Shown: positions 38,934 through 52,293 of the stretch, in pieces
How positions within the stretch are numbered: the first letter of the stretch is position 1
How the letters are laid out: each line of letters begins with the position of its first letter
Assembly (NCBI GenBank): GCA_022605425.2
Contig: CM061249.1
Coordinates: forward strand, 496,001-560,000
From: Hamiltosporidium tvaerminnensis FI-OER-3-3
Lineage: Eukaryota; Fungi; Microsporidia
Length of the DNA stretch: 64,000 nucleotides
Direction: 5' to 3'
Position numbers and translations under genes: made by a program
The notes under the pieces: model-generated
Databases searched by the model: none
Told to the model about the DNA's origin: nothing
The model's input: the letters and a program-made list of their open reading frames with translations, nothing else

Positions 38934-39677
38934 TTAATTATTATCTGTTAATGGATTATAATATAAGTATAAATAATGCAAGGTATTCATCTCCATTGCA
39001 CATAAAAACGTAAAATGATAAAGCAGTAATAACAAAGTCACTTTAAATTTGTTTTTCCTAATTAAATAAACGTAGCATAGTATCATTCCTATTCCATAGG
39101 CTATACTTTTCAATACGAATAGTATTTTGATATTTATTAAAAAAAATTTATAAATAAAGCTGTCTATTAGAATAAAAATGAATAGATAGTAGAAATAACC
39201 GATAAAGGTTATTATAGGAATTTCCTTTCGTATGAATTTGCAGCTATTAAATTTTATACAAATTGAAAAGTAGTTACCAAAACAAAAAATTACATATAAC
39301 AAAGCACATGGCCAAACCAATTCATATATTATTGTGATATTGAGATTGTGTATAAATAACTCAGCCAAAATCGAGAAAAATCCAAAGCTGAATATTATCA
39401 TATAATATAAGTCATGTTTGCTCTCAAAACTCTTTGAATATAATGTAAACACAAATGAACAGTTGAATAATAGCAATAGAATAAAATACTTGAATATAAT
39501 TTTATTAGAGTCGATTGCTCTCAAACCATAAATTATTTTGTATAAATACATCGGAATGAATATTTCTATAACAGCAAGGCATATATCCGCCAAAATTTTT
39601 AGAAATAGATCATAAATATTCAAGTGTCTATATGATACTATATCTCTGGGAATTCTTCTTTCTTTTTTTGGACTCAT
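38934..39677 (-). CDS. Hypothetical multi-pass membrane protein (paralog of 61116-61853)
   Basis: 247-aa ATG-initiated ORF with 6-7 hydrophobic segments and motifs shared with the paralog. Confidence 0.8.
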   Translation of the reverse strand: MSPKKERRIPRDIVSYRHLNIYDLFLKILADICLAVIEIFIPMYLYKIIYGLRAIDSNKIIFKYFILLLLFNCSFVFTLYSKSFESKHDLYYMIIFSFGFFSILAELFIHNLNITIIYELVWPCALLYVIFCFGNYFSICIKFNSCKFIRKEIPIITFIGYFYYLFIFILIDSFIYKFFLINIKILFVLKSIAYGIGMILCYVYLIRKNKFKVTLLLLLYHFTFLCAMEMNTLHYLYLYYNPLTDNN

Positions 39678-40619
39678 TTTCAGGCATTACTTACTTTATG
39701 TTTTATAAAAGAAATTAATTAAAATTAAATTTTAGATTATTCGTTATATTTTAATCATCTAACATTTCCAGATAAAATATTAAATATATTAATTTAATTA
39801 AAACAGATTTTGAATTTCAAAAAGAATAAATTACTAAAAAATATTTCTTACATTTGCTTTAGTTCAATGAGTCTTTATTTGGTTATATTGAGCCTTTCTT
39901 TTACTCTGTTACTAACAATAACTCGGTACTCTAGTGTTGTCTTTTAATTCTGCAAATTAAAGGTTAATTATATTGATAGTTGCAAGCTAGCACATTTTCT
40001 TGTTGAGATTATGATTTAATATATGTATAGGGGATCTTATAATCACAATTCAGCATTCTAATCTAATATGTGCTCCTCTGATTCTCGTCTTATTCCGTTT
40101 AATCTACTCCTATTTATCGACAATAGTACCGAAATAATTATTTATAAGATTAATTTACAGAGTGTATAGCAATATTTACATTGGCAACTGCAACTTTTCG
40201 AAGCTTTTATATCATATGAATATTTGTAAAAAACACACTCAAAATATTGTATAAGGAAATAATTCAGCTACGCATTCCTTGGATGAACTCAATTATCATT
40301 AAAATCATTATTTTGTTAGGCCTTGCCTTATGATTTTAAGCCAAAGGTTTCTAAACTAAGGCTTGCTACTGTTTTTTTGTAAAATAGGCTTTTATCAATG
40401 ATAGAATATAATGAAAAAAATGAAAAAAAATTTACAAAAAATTACAATTATAGATAATTTTAATTATGAATTTGTTGTACAAAGAAAATATATTTAAACG
40501 ACAGCATTTTTTAAAAAAAAAGATCTTATTGTTTATTATTTTATCCGAAAAATCGAAAACAAAATTATACAATATGTGTAGCATAATTTTTTATTTATAG
40601 AATTGATGCAGTTGAGATT

Positions 40620-42040
40620 TATCCCTAATGATTTGCTGACTTTGTGCGTCAACTGTATTTGGTGAAATTATCAATAATGATTTCAAATGCTTATCTAGTA
40701 ATTCCATTTGTTAATATTTTATCTGTATTTCATTTAGAAGGTTGTTCTTTCACAAAGATAGGCAGTAACGAAAGCGGAAATAAACTCAAGACCAAGTTTA
40801 TGAGTAATGGAATTGTGTACCTGAAAAGCTCCCATAAAATTAAGTAATGGGGAATTTATATATGTTTTTTGCAAATATCACTAGATCACATATACATTAT
40901 TTTCACTAGAAGTTCCGTGGCTAGAGGTTCGATATCAGCTGCAAAGAATTTTGCAAAATTTTCATATCAGTTGCTCCCAAATCCAAATCAAAAAATGTAG
41001 AATATATTTTCTTTTAAATCATCTACAGTTTCTATTGCAAACTTTATTTGAATTTATGTTGTTATTTGCTCACCAAATTTTTGTAATGTATCAAAAAGAT
41101 TGAAACAGTTTTTGCCTAAACTAAATCGAAACAAATAGTATTTATTGACGAAATGATTTGGTACTCGTTTATAATTCAGAGTAGCTGATTTTTTACTTCA
41201 ATTTTAAAAGAAGAATAGGCATATATTCTAACAAAACTGTATATAAATATTTCTTCAAAAACCATTGTTTGCTTAATGACTTGACGAAGGGATAATTCTG
41301 TTATCTTAAAAATACTTCGATAATGTTCTAATTTATCGAAACTGCTTCAAATTTTTCTAAAACGAACTACCGAACTAAGGTATTAAGGTCAACTCATTTT
41401 CTCCAATTTCTTTAATGGACTCATGGAATGCGAAGGGTGTGCGAATGAGACTTAATATAGTTAACAGTTGCTTTGAATAGGCTTTAAACTTTCGAAAAGT
41501 CGAATCCTGTTCCACACAACAATTGTTTAATAAACAGAATACATTATCAATTGTTTTGGTTATTCTACAATTTATTCTGCCTTTGATACAAGAGGAATAC
41601 TCCTTTAGCTTTTCCTCTGATTTATTTTTGCCATCAGTTGAAACAACAGCAAGTTTTGCTATCGAAGATTGGCTTAACTATAAGATTTCTGGCTTTAATA
41701 AAAAAAATCTTATCTAGTGGTTATACTGTAAACGCTAAGAACGTCTAAAGGTCCTATCATAATTTATATAATTCAAATAAATTCCCATATATAAATATTT
41801 TAGAGATATTTTTGAACATCGTTTTACTAAACCAAAGCCAAAGACATCGTTCTAAGAATATGTTTTCTCAATGTTGAGTATTATATTGTCTGGAATGCTG
41901 ACGATTTTCTCCTTATTATCGGGACAACAACCTGATGTTTTTAAATGCATTGATTTTTTTATAGATTGATTGCTATGTAGGTGCGATAATACAATCTTTA
42001 ATTTATCCGCTTTCTGTAAATAGTTAAATAGATTTCGCAA
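40620..42040 (-). pseudogene. Possible decayed coding sequence of unknown family
   Basis: Raised GC and a ~100-codon stop-free frame without ATG at ~41375-41680 (LSQSSIAKLAVVSTDGK...). No motif recognised. Confidence 0.3.
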
Positions 42041-44207
42041 AGAAATAGGCTAAACAAAAACATGCTTTTTTTCTCCTATGTTTTTATTTTTTATACGCAA
42101 TTGTCTGGCTTTAAGCCTAATAATAAATTTTGGGATTTAATATTTGTCAAATTCCACTATAATTCGAGTTGTTCTGAGAATGATTATTTATTTAATAGTT
42201 TTTTATTTTGTATTCTTAGAGAACCGAAATGTTTTCATTGTAAATAAGATATGTTACCACATTGCTCAAATAAATAAGAAAGAATTGACACCTTTATTGC
42301 TAGTTCAACACTTTGTATTACTAACTGTCTTTTCATTGTCGGACTTCATATTTATTGAAATTAGGAAAATAGAAAAAAATAAGAACATGTTAATATTGAA
42401 ATTTGCAGACAAAAATTAAATTAATAAGTTTGTTTGTCGTATTTAAAACAACCATAAAAACCCAAAGATTTTTAAGCTAAGATATTTTGTTCATAATAAA
42501 GTGCGAAGTGATAATTAGTTTTGATTATTTTGGCATAACATAACACTATTCATGGGAAAGTAATGACAATAATGATATGTTAGGTTTTTTATCATTAAAA
42601 AACAAAGCAGATTTTCGCGAACGAAAACACCTAGACGTCATAAATATGATCAGAATGCGACTCTGCACCAGAAAAAAAGTTTTTCCCCATCTTTATAAAC
42701 AAAGACTACTTCTTAATGCACGGTAGCAAGTATTTTCCAATACATTTAATCAATTTCATAAGTAAAAGTGTTTTCCTGGTTGCAATGCACACATAGCTTC
42801 GTTTTTTCCGATTTTGAAGCCCTACCTGCTTTCATTATACTTAAAATTTTACTAAAGTAAAGATGTGGTAGACGAAGGATTGTTGGCAAGGCGTAAGTAT
42901 CAGCATTATCCACAAATAAAGCCATCTATCGAAGTTCATTATGTCTCATCAGCAATAATGAGATTACAAAGACTAACACTTTAAATTTAGCAGTTTTTTA
43001 CGTCTTATTCCTCTATTTATTATATTCCTTTTATTTTAAATTGGCAATTTACTTTTTTAGATATTTATCTATAAAATATTGTTAAGTTTCATTATTATTT
43101 TTTTGAACGTATGTATGAAACTTTAAACATTTGATGCAAAATCAATAATTATATTTATTGAAGAAAAGCATTTTAGTTCGTTGATAAAAATATATAGATT
43201 TTGGTCCTCGAGACTTTTATAGATGGCAATGGGGTCTACACACCAGAATTTTTTTGACCCTTGGTTCGAGAAAATTTTGCGCCACAATTTAGACTCAAAG
43301 TTGCACTATCATGATATAATTTTTATTATTGATTTACATTTCACTCTCATATTCTATGAACGCACATAAATTTTTATAATTCTCTCTAGTTTCATCTCAC
43401 CTATGTATTTCAAGAATTTACGTGGGTATTTGGTTGTATATTTGCTGTTAAGATTTACATTAATATCCATTTAGAAGAAAGATGTGGTTTAGTTATTTGG
43501 GTATAGTGTATGTGTTTCACACATTAGATATCCATTCTTTGAATACGCAGTCGATGAATCCATGATTTCGGTTATTTCTATAGGTTATCATTTGACTTGT
43601 AAACCCAAGAATTATATTTCAACCCGAGATTCAAGTAGAAATACTTTTTTATGTGACTTGTTTTTTATTTCATAAGCTACCATGAAAAAATTCATTCACT
43701 ATATTGCTGTGTGTTTTCATTCTTATATGACTGTAGATGTAATTAACTTCTTCTAAAAATTGATAGTCAAACGAACAAAATTACTTTTAGCCAGGGATTT
43801 AGTATTCTATATTTCGATTCGATAATTATTTATATCGGTAAATATAAGTCACTTATATGGCTTGTATTCTAAGAATTTCTGTATATGTAGCTCAATGATT
43901 TTAATTTAAAGATATATCGAACCTCGGCAAATATTTACCCAAAACTCAATAAATAATACTCTCTGACATTCTCAGATGTAAGAAGGGTGTCATCTTGTTT
44001 TCCATTTTGATCTAAAAATAACTTTTTTTCACCAGAAATACGCGTTTTGATTCATATAATTTAGAAAATTTACCTAGAAAATTTGAAGTAGTTCTATAGA
44101 TAATTTATTTAAAAATATTTAAGCTATATTAATGACATTAAACAAATCACCCGTGTTAAATTTACCATGAAATTCTTTTTCTACTTTGATAAAATATTCA
44201 TATATTT

Positions 44208-44300
44208 TGTATCTTCTTTATTATGAAATATTTATAACACGATAACCTTCTAAAGAATAGAGTATCTTCACGAAATGTATCATTTGTGGCTGATTTCTTT
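44208..44300 (-). mobile_element. ~90-bp relic of the retrotransposon RT region
   Basis: accttctaaagaatagagtatcttcacgaaatgtatcatttgtggctgatttc aligns with positions 1-57. Confidence 0.75.
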
Positions 44301-46463
44301 TTCGAACCTTTAACTCTTTTTTTAAAGAAAAATCTCACGATGAATATTCAAAGACAACTGGGTTTTTTTTATATTGCACAATATTGCCATAATTATTGTG
44401 AAAAAAAGATGATTTTGTGTCAGGGATATTTTTCATTAGTATTTTAAGAGTTATTTATTCATATTTAGGCTTGTAGCATAACTGATACGAACAATAATTA
44501 TGAAAGAATTCTAAAAATATTTTCTCTTTCTAATTTCTGGTTTTATATTATCGCGTGCGGGTTTATTTTGTCTTGATTTTATCATTTATTTTCAAATTGA
44601 TTTTAATAAATCACTTATTCTAATAATTCATTTAAATATGAACCCATTCTTTCAAATATACTTTATCTAACAACCAAGGATCCTTTTAAATCAATCGATG
44701 AAAATATTAATTATTTAAGTTGCTCTCTTAGCCGTTAAAATCAAATACAGGTTTTTTCTGTATATCCTTCTCGTTCTTTTTTAACCAAATTGATTTTTAC
44801 TAGCAGTTTTTTCATTTACATTTATAAAAATCAACATGATCACTCAAATCGAAAAAATTAAAGGCCAAAAAATATTAGAATGAGGTCATACTCGAGAGAT
44901 TGTATTCAAAAAAACCGATAAGTATTTTTTCGATTTTATAATCGTTTACGGTCTACAATAATGTTAAATTGCAAATTGATTGGTATACTTTGTATATAAG
45001 CGCAAATTCTTATCTCAAACCCAATTAAGTAATTTTTAATTTAAATTTTAATTTTTAATAATTTGATATTTAATGTTTATACTTTGTGTTTTTGTTGAAG
45101 CAAAGAGCATTATGTTATAATTTTTGGTTTTTTGTATGATTTCTGAGGAAATTCTAGGGTTTTGTTTTGAATTTTGTAAAGATTCTTCTATAGGAAAGTT
45201 AGCGAACTTTAAAAACGTCTTGATTTATTCTTTCATGAAATACTTGCTAATAATCAAAGATTAGCTGGTTAGAGGTATGGCCAAGAAATTCTACTCTATG
45301 GCAATTACAAAAAAAAGCTTTTGTAAGTCATTTGTATTTTATGGATATATGGTTGCCATAAATATCTTAAAAGATGGTCTATTCTATATTTTTTAGCCAA
45401 TCTTTATTAAAAATTTTATGCCAAAAATCCAAATTTCTTGTTTACACATTATATACATAAGATCAATACAAATTTTAAACCTTCTAAATAATTTTCTGTA
45501 GTAAAAATCTGACAGAAACGTTTTGAAAACAGAATTACTTGAAATATCAATTTATAACCAAGAAATATGTAAATCATATATTTTCAGCTGAAAACTCTGA
45601 ATAAAAACAAAATACTGCCTTAAAGTAATTATAAATACCATAATTTGTTTAACATATATGATGTACGTAAAGTATAAAAATTTATTGGTTATAAATCAAA
45701 GCGTTATTGTTAATACATAGTTATATAATATTGGTTTTTGTAGTTATATGTTTAAAATCTGTTATTTTGTGTTATCAAAACACATTTCTTAATTTAATAT
45801 TTTTCATGTTTTTGATTATTAAACAGAACAAAAAAGAACGACAAAAAGGTGCAAATATTTTTTTGTAAAATAAAATATGATTTGGTATTATTTTAATCAT
45901 TCATTTAGATTACTAAACAAAATAATATTAAAATTTTCTTCGAATTTGAATCAGAAATGATTAAATGAATGCTTAAATAAAGTGGATATTTAATTTATCC
46001 AGTAATAAACCAGGATTTTACTTATTCATTTATTTTTTTAACCAGAATACAATCAAAGTAGAACAATGGCTCATCAAAGAAATTAAAAAATGTATTTAAC
46101 TGATATTAATCGAAATATCAATTTCTCATTATTATTGTTTTTTTTTATTAGCTTTTTCCTTTTCCCTATTTATGTAACTCAATCCAAAAATGAATTTAAT
46201 TTTCAGCAAGTTATAGCCATTCAATATTATTGTTTTTTGGCAAATTAAAAAACTAAGTTTTATCACCTATGGCTTAAAAATCTTTTATATCAAATTTTGT
46301 TATTAATATACTCTATCGAATATATATTGTTTAAATTACAGTATCTCGTGTACAAAATAAAAAAATTCTCATAAAAGTTTATTATCAGTCATTGCTATTT
46401 TATCAAAAAAATATTTAGTCATCATTTATAATGATTAAATAGAAATTCTATCATCTTCTTTAA

Positions 46464-47501
46464 ATGCAAAAAAATGGAAATTTGCATATCATGAAGTCAA
46501 GAAAAGTGTTGTTTAGCCTTTTAATAACGCTAATAATTGTACAGATATTTGTTCTAATTGTCTTATTTAAAAAGCAAAGAAAAATAAATAACGAAAAAAA
46601 CCAATTGAATTCAAAAATAACTTCTTCATCCGGAAAAATTATTGTTGGTTTAAAGAATGAAAATCTTGTTTGTTATTTCAATGCGTTATTGCAAGCATTT
46701 TATTTTCAAAATAATTTTTTGGAAAAACTATTTTCGTATAAGCATACTCAAGATCAAAAGTGTATTAGTATTTTAAAAGAAGTATTTAATAAAATGTCAA
46801 AAGGTATTATTGTTAATACTTCTAAATATTTGAAGCAAATTTTGGATTTAGATGCGCAAAACAAAAGTTTTAAATTTGGGCATTTTGAAGATGCAGGTAC
46901 GTGCTTCAATATATTTTTCTTGCGAATTCTTAAAGAATTGAATAATGGTAGGGAAGTTATATGTAGTGAAATAACAGATATTGAGCAGTTTAAAACCAAT
47001 TGTTTTATTGGAGAATTGTACTTCTATCAGCTTAAAAGAACATATTATTGTTCGATATGCAATGAAACAAATATTGAATTTCAAAATAATCACACGGTAT
47101 GTCTTTATCTTAACAATTCCGTGCAAGAATCTATAAATATTATGTTTAATACAGAATGTTTCGAATGTTACCAGTCGAACCCCGAGGAAGGAGTTCACTT
47201 CGCAACAAATATATTTGAAATAACATCGCTGGGTTCAAATATTATAATTAAGAATACACATTTTCCGATGAAAAATGCAAATGTTTTAATAAACAATAAA
47301 ATAACGATACACAATCAGGAATATATATTTAAAGCCTGTGTATTTCATATAATCGGATTGCATTATTATACAGTTGCATCGCTTGAAAGTGTGCTCTATA
47401 AATTAGATGACCTCTCTGTTAGTAAGTTAAATATAAAATCGATTGAAGATTTTGGATTTAAACATTTACCAGATATTTTAATTTATGAAAAATCAGAATA
47501 G
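46464..47501 (+). CDS. Ubiquitin-specific protease (peptidase C19) with N-terminal hydrophobic anchor or signal
   Basis: Cys box GLKNENLVCYFNALLQ, EDA motif, CxxC finger, His box H...HY and LDD..V, C-terminal ILIYEK. Confidence 0.88.
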   Translation: MQKNGNLHIMKSRKVLFSLLITLIIVQIFVLIVLFKKQRKINNEKNQLNSKITSSSGKIIVGLKNENLVCYFNALLQAFYFQNNFLEKLFSYKHTQDQKCISILKEVFNKMSKGIIVNTSKYLKQILDLDAQNKSFKFGHFEDAGTCFNIFFLRILKELNNGREVICSEITDIEQFKTNCFIGELYFYQLKRTYYCSICNETNIEFQNNHTVCLYLNNSVQESINIMFNTECFECYQSNPEEGVHFATNIFEITSLGSNIIIKNTHFPMKNANVLINNKITIHNQEYIFKACVFHIIGLHYYTVASLESVLYKLDDLSVSKLNIKSIEDFGFKHLPDILIYEKSE

Positions 47502-47845
47502 CGCAATTTTTAAAGCAACAAAAAGTAATATTCACTTATAAAATCCATCTTTATACACCAAGAATATCGTATTGAGAAATAAGGTTTATCATTAACTTTT
47601 ACATTTATAATAAGTTATTTTTGCAATTAAATAAATATACTTTTTTTAAAAAACAATTTTCTAATTATTTTAAAATATAAAGCATATAAGTATGATATAG
47701 GCCAAATTATTTTATATTTATTTAAAATTACTAAAACAGGCTACAAAAAGTTTTAATATTATATACATTAGTGGAAGTAAATTATAAATATTTTTTTGCT
47801 AGAAATTACAAAAATAATATATTCTTTAAAGAGTAAATATATTTT

Positions 47846-48566
47846 TTGGAGCGAGCATAACAACAAAAAAAACTTTCTACTTGGCAATTAGTATATGAAA
47901 CAGATATAAAGATCATTGTTTGAATTTTTGGTGGGAATAAAACACACTACATTTTTGGTTGTTCCATGAATGTTTTTATGTTGAGTAGGTGTAGTCACGA
48001 AATTAAGAAATCTTTCGTCGAATTTATTTTGCAGTTTTTTGTGTAATTAGATCGGAGACCACGGCTGAACAAGAGGGTAATCGTGATGTAAAAGCATAGA
48101 AACCTAGCCCTGCTCACTCGGGTTAGTAGACCTAGCGCCTACGAGATACAAAATAAAAACATTTAAAGCCGGGAAAGCCAAGTAGGAGGTTATACTTATC
48201 GTTATGGCATTGCTTGCCTAAGTGGACCCGTTTAAGTCTCCGAAATATATCCTAACCAGAAGTTGTTTGGGTTTGGAAAGTCTAGATTGCGTGGGAGATC
48301 GTAAAACCGGAGAACCAAAGATGGCTTTCGACCTACGATCAAACACCACGAAATAAACATTAACGAAATCCGGGCAACCAATTCGCCGATTAATTAGGTT
48401 CTACGTATGTTTTAGGTGAAATTATTCAGGATGTTCTTGTCGCAGGGGTTACTGATAGACTATTAGACCAGCTTTTATCTATGTTAAACCTAGAACTGCG
48501 TTAATGTCATGAAAACAAATATAACCTTTGCCCCTATTTTAAAAAGATGTGATATGTTTAAATAAA
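47846..48566 (+). mobile_element. ~725-bp SINE-like repeat, copy S2 (diverged)
   Basis: Shares blocks gaaacctagcc.tgctcactcgggttag, ccgggcaac and atgttaaacctagaactgcgttaatgtcatgaaaacaaatataa. Confidence 0.88.
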
Positions 48567-49467
48567 GTACGATAAAAAAAACTATCTATATTCAATTAGA
48601 AGTTCATAAGTAAGAAACAATCTTCATAAATTTTAATTCTATTGTAGTGATCAATACTAATATAAGGTTATCTAAATAAACCAGGAATAAATTAATAACC
48701 ATCATATTTACAATTTCATTGTATTTTTTTATTCTAATAAACATTCTAAAAGTTAAATTTATATCAAATTACTAAATCAAGCTTTTGTATTTTTTGAAAG
48801 TGAAATTCCAAAGTAATCCTGTGTTTTAATTTCAAAATTCTCTTTAGTTTTGAATTTTTTGCAAAATATTTTAATTTGTAAACCAATAAACGATATTTAA
48901 GAAATTAGTTTATTTGGCCCAAATTTTTCGACGGGTTTAGAATTACATCTTTAAAAATAAAGATAAAAAGGTATTTTAAAAGCAGTTATATGGTTAAGTA
49001 TTGACTTAACCCGAAATATAAATTACTCCATAGGCAAAAAAATGTTTATATCAATATTTATGATTTTTTTATTAAATTTGGAATAAAGTTGTTATAATAG
49101 TAAAAAATCGGGCTTTTTATCAGGTGTTTTTACTAAATTGGCAGCTTATATATCTGCTAATTAAAAATATAAATTTCGAAACGCTTTGGGCTATTTGTGA
49201 ATTGGAATCAATTATAATCGATTTAAAAATACATAAATATTAGAAATATCCAGAATTTTTTCTGAATCAACTAGACTTCTAACTAAGTTCAAACTTAGTA
49301 TACAATACACATAGAATCGATTAAGATATTAAGGGCTTGTGTGACAAATAACTAAATGCCATTTTTCTTTTTTTGGCTAAAACGAGGATATGTGAACGCA
49401 GGTTTTTGACATAGTTTGTTTATGGTCTATCTTTTAATAAGTTTTTTTAAACCTTTTTCTTTTCTAG

Positions 49468-50736
49468 AAGACCTACATAGTGTTGAGTTGCGAAGCGAAC
49501 ATATGCTTCTGCAACTCTTTGATTGTCTGGAAAAAAGTAAAGAAATATCAACTAGACGAGCAGCAATCCTCAAGGTGGAGAATAATAATAAAACCCATCT
49601 TGTACTAATAAAAGGCTTCTTAAAAGTAAAGTACAGGTTGGTAGAAGAAGTCACTAAGAAAAGTTTAGAAGAAGCTCAACTTGCAAAACTATATAACGAA
49701 ATAGAAAAACGAAGACTCCATTCAAAGTTATATAATGCAAGGAAAAATGAGCTGTGTAAGTGTTAGTGACTCTTCAAGATGGCTAAAGAAAGGGAATATT
49801 AGGCCACGCAATGAAGCTGTGTTCTGCTATATCCAGGATATAAATGTATTCTGGGGAGCAGATGGGGTGTGTCCACATTGTGGGAAGTCTGGTAAGACTG
49901 TAGATCATCTAGCAACTAGATGTGAAAAAATGCTAGGCCATGATTACACTAGACGGCATAATGAAGTGGTTAGATGCCTACACTTACTTCTCTTAAATAG
50001 ATATAAGTTTAAGTCTTCAAAACGAATTAGGAGCCACTCAGTTCAAGAAATTCTTGATAATGAGTATGCAGAGATAAGAGTGGACACCGGAATAAAAACT
50101 GATGTTAAAATTAGGAATAACAGACCCGACATATTTATTTTAGATAAGAAGAAGAATAAGATAACACTCATTGAAGTAGGAATCACTTCCCAAGATTCAC
50201 TTCAAACAGTTGAAACTTAAAAACTTAGGAAGTATGACCTGTTAGCCAATGATTTGGGTCTTATTTATAAGTGTAGTGTTGAGATAATCCCTTATGTGAT
50301 GACCTGGGACGGTATTGTGACAAAATACCATAAATCTCATCTTAAAAGGCTAGAAATACCCATGGATGTAGAAGCATACATTCAGTCTATAGTACTTAAG
50401 AAGATAGTCGAAACAATTTCCTTTGATCGACGAAGAGGACTTGAGTTAGGACTAAATGCCGAAGAGAGCGTCAATGGGTGTTATTATGAGAGCAGAGATG
50501 CATGAGGAACCAACACCCTTTTTAAAAGAAGAGAAGAGAGAGGAAGATGGTGCAAAAAATTTTAAACCAAAAAATAAAGCACCCTTTATTTCACAAGGAG
50601 GAATCACTTTAGAGGAACCGACCAATAAAATAAATAAAGAGTCGGATTTGGAAGAAGAGACAAAAGTGGTTAAAGAGGTAGAAGAAAACATATAAAAATG
50701 GTAAAAATATTTTAACCCAGAATTTTATTAAATAAA
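49468..50736 (+). mobile_element. 5'-truncated retrotransposon copy D with perfect 12-bp TSD (TTTCTTTTCTAG)
   Basis: Contains the CCHC, REL domain and 3' end. The TSD lies at 49456-49467 and 50737-50748. Confidence 0.95.
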
Positions 50737-50805
50737 TTTCTTTTCTAGCATTTGAGTAAATATTATGGGTAATATTATTGTAATTTAAATAATAATCATA
50801 TAGGT

Positions 50806-51530
50806 CGTGAAGGGAGGATGACCACATAAAAAACTTTCTGCTTGGCAATGAGTGTGTGAAACTGGTGTGAAGATCATTGTTTGGATTTTTGGTGGGAATA
50901 CAACCACACTACATCTTCGGTTGTTCCATGGGAGTTGTTATGAGGAGGAGAGGTCTAAGAAATGGAGAAAGTTTTTCTACAAATTTATTTGTAGTTTTTT
51001 ATGTAACCAGATTGCAGACCGCAGCTGAACATGTAGGTAATTGCCATGTATAAGCATGGAAACCTAGCCTTGCTCACTCGGGTTAGAAGACTTGGCGCCT
51101 GGGAGATATAAAACAAAAAACCATTTAAAGCCAGGAAAGCTAAGTAGCAGGTTATACCTGTTGGTATGACATTGCACTGTCTAGGTGGACCCCATGTAAG
51201 TCTCTGAAATATATCTTAGCTAAAAGTATATTAGGTGCAGAAAGTGTAGAGTAGTGGGAATGCTGCATAGTCTTGGGGAGCCCAGGGGGGGCTTCGGCCT
51301 TCGATCACACTCCATGCAACGGACACTAACGAATTCCGGGCAACTGCCTCGCAAATTAATTAGGTTTTACACATCTGGTAGATGAAAGGCTTTGGGACTT
51401 TTGTATCTCAGGAGGTAGTGAGGGTGTGGTGGGGTAGCAGTTATTTATGTTAAACCTAGAACTGCGTTAATGTCATGAAAACAAATATAACACTTGCCAC
51501 TATTTTAAAAAGATGTGATACTTTTAAATA
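50806..51530 (+). mobile_element. ~725-bp SINE-like repeat, copy S3, with perfect 12-bp TSD (AATCATATAGGT)
   Basis: The TSD lies at 50794-50805 and 51531-51542. No conserved ORF. Confidence 0.92.
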
Positions 51531-52293
51531 AATCATATAGGTAATTTACACGAATTAAAATTGATAATTTATATTTGTTGAAAGCAAAATATATTTTTTA
51601 ATCAGAATATGTAAGTAATTTCTCATGGTGTTATTTCGACTCTCTTTTATACAATTAACGAATTTTGTTGGCTATGATCAATACCACAGCCACAAAAATA
51701 ATAAAAATATATTCAATTCATTTAAAATTGGATTAATTTGAATATTATTTCCTTTAGAAGGTTCTTTTAATTTTTTTAAGTTTAAAAATTCAATTAATCT
51801 GATAGAATCTACTAGATAATTATATAGAAGGGGAAATAAAGATATTAAAAAAATCAGATGATTTAATATTTATTTATCACCAAGTATAAATTCTGGCTAA
51901 TATTGCGATATAACTAGGTTAAAATACTTCTTTTTTCACTTATTTTCAATAATCCTAATACTTTATTAAGATTAATCTCAAGATATCCTTGATTCCCTTA
52001 TTTTTTTATCCTCAATACAATATTATTCTTTTAAAAATATATAAATAATTCAGTTTTAATTTGTTGCAGCAAAAAAAACCATTTGATTAAAAAAATATTT
52101 TTAAATGTTCAAAAAAACAATCGAAATGTTTTTTTTTTGAAAGCGAATTGGGTTTTACTTTCAAAATAATATTTTTTGATTTATCGACAGTTTCTATATT
52201 TTCTTTATCCATATTGAACAATGGACTTTCACTCCTTTCGATCACTTTTTTTTATTTTTATTTAATTATTACCGTCATTTTTTGTTATCAGAA

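Noticed and set aside
43200-43560. Possible further eroded SINE copy
   Set aside because: Only scattered short word matches; colinearity could not be shown by eye.
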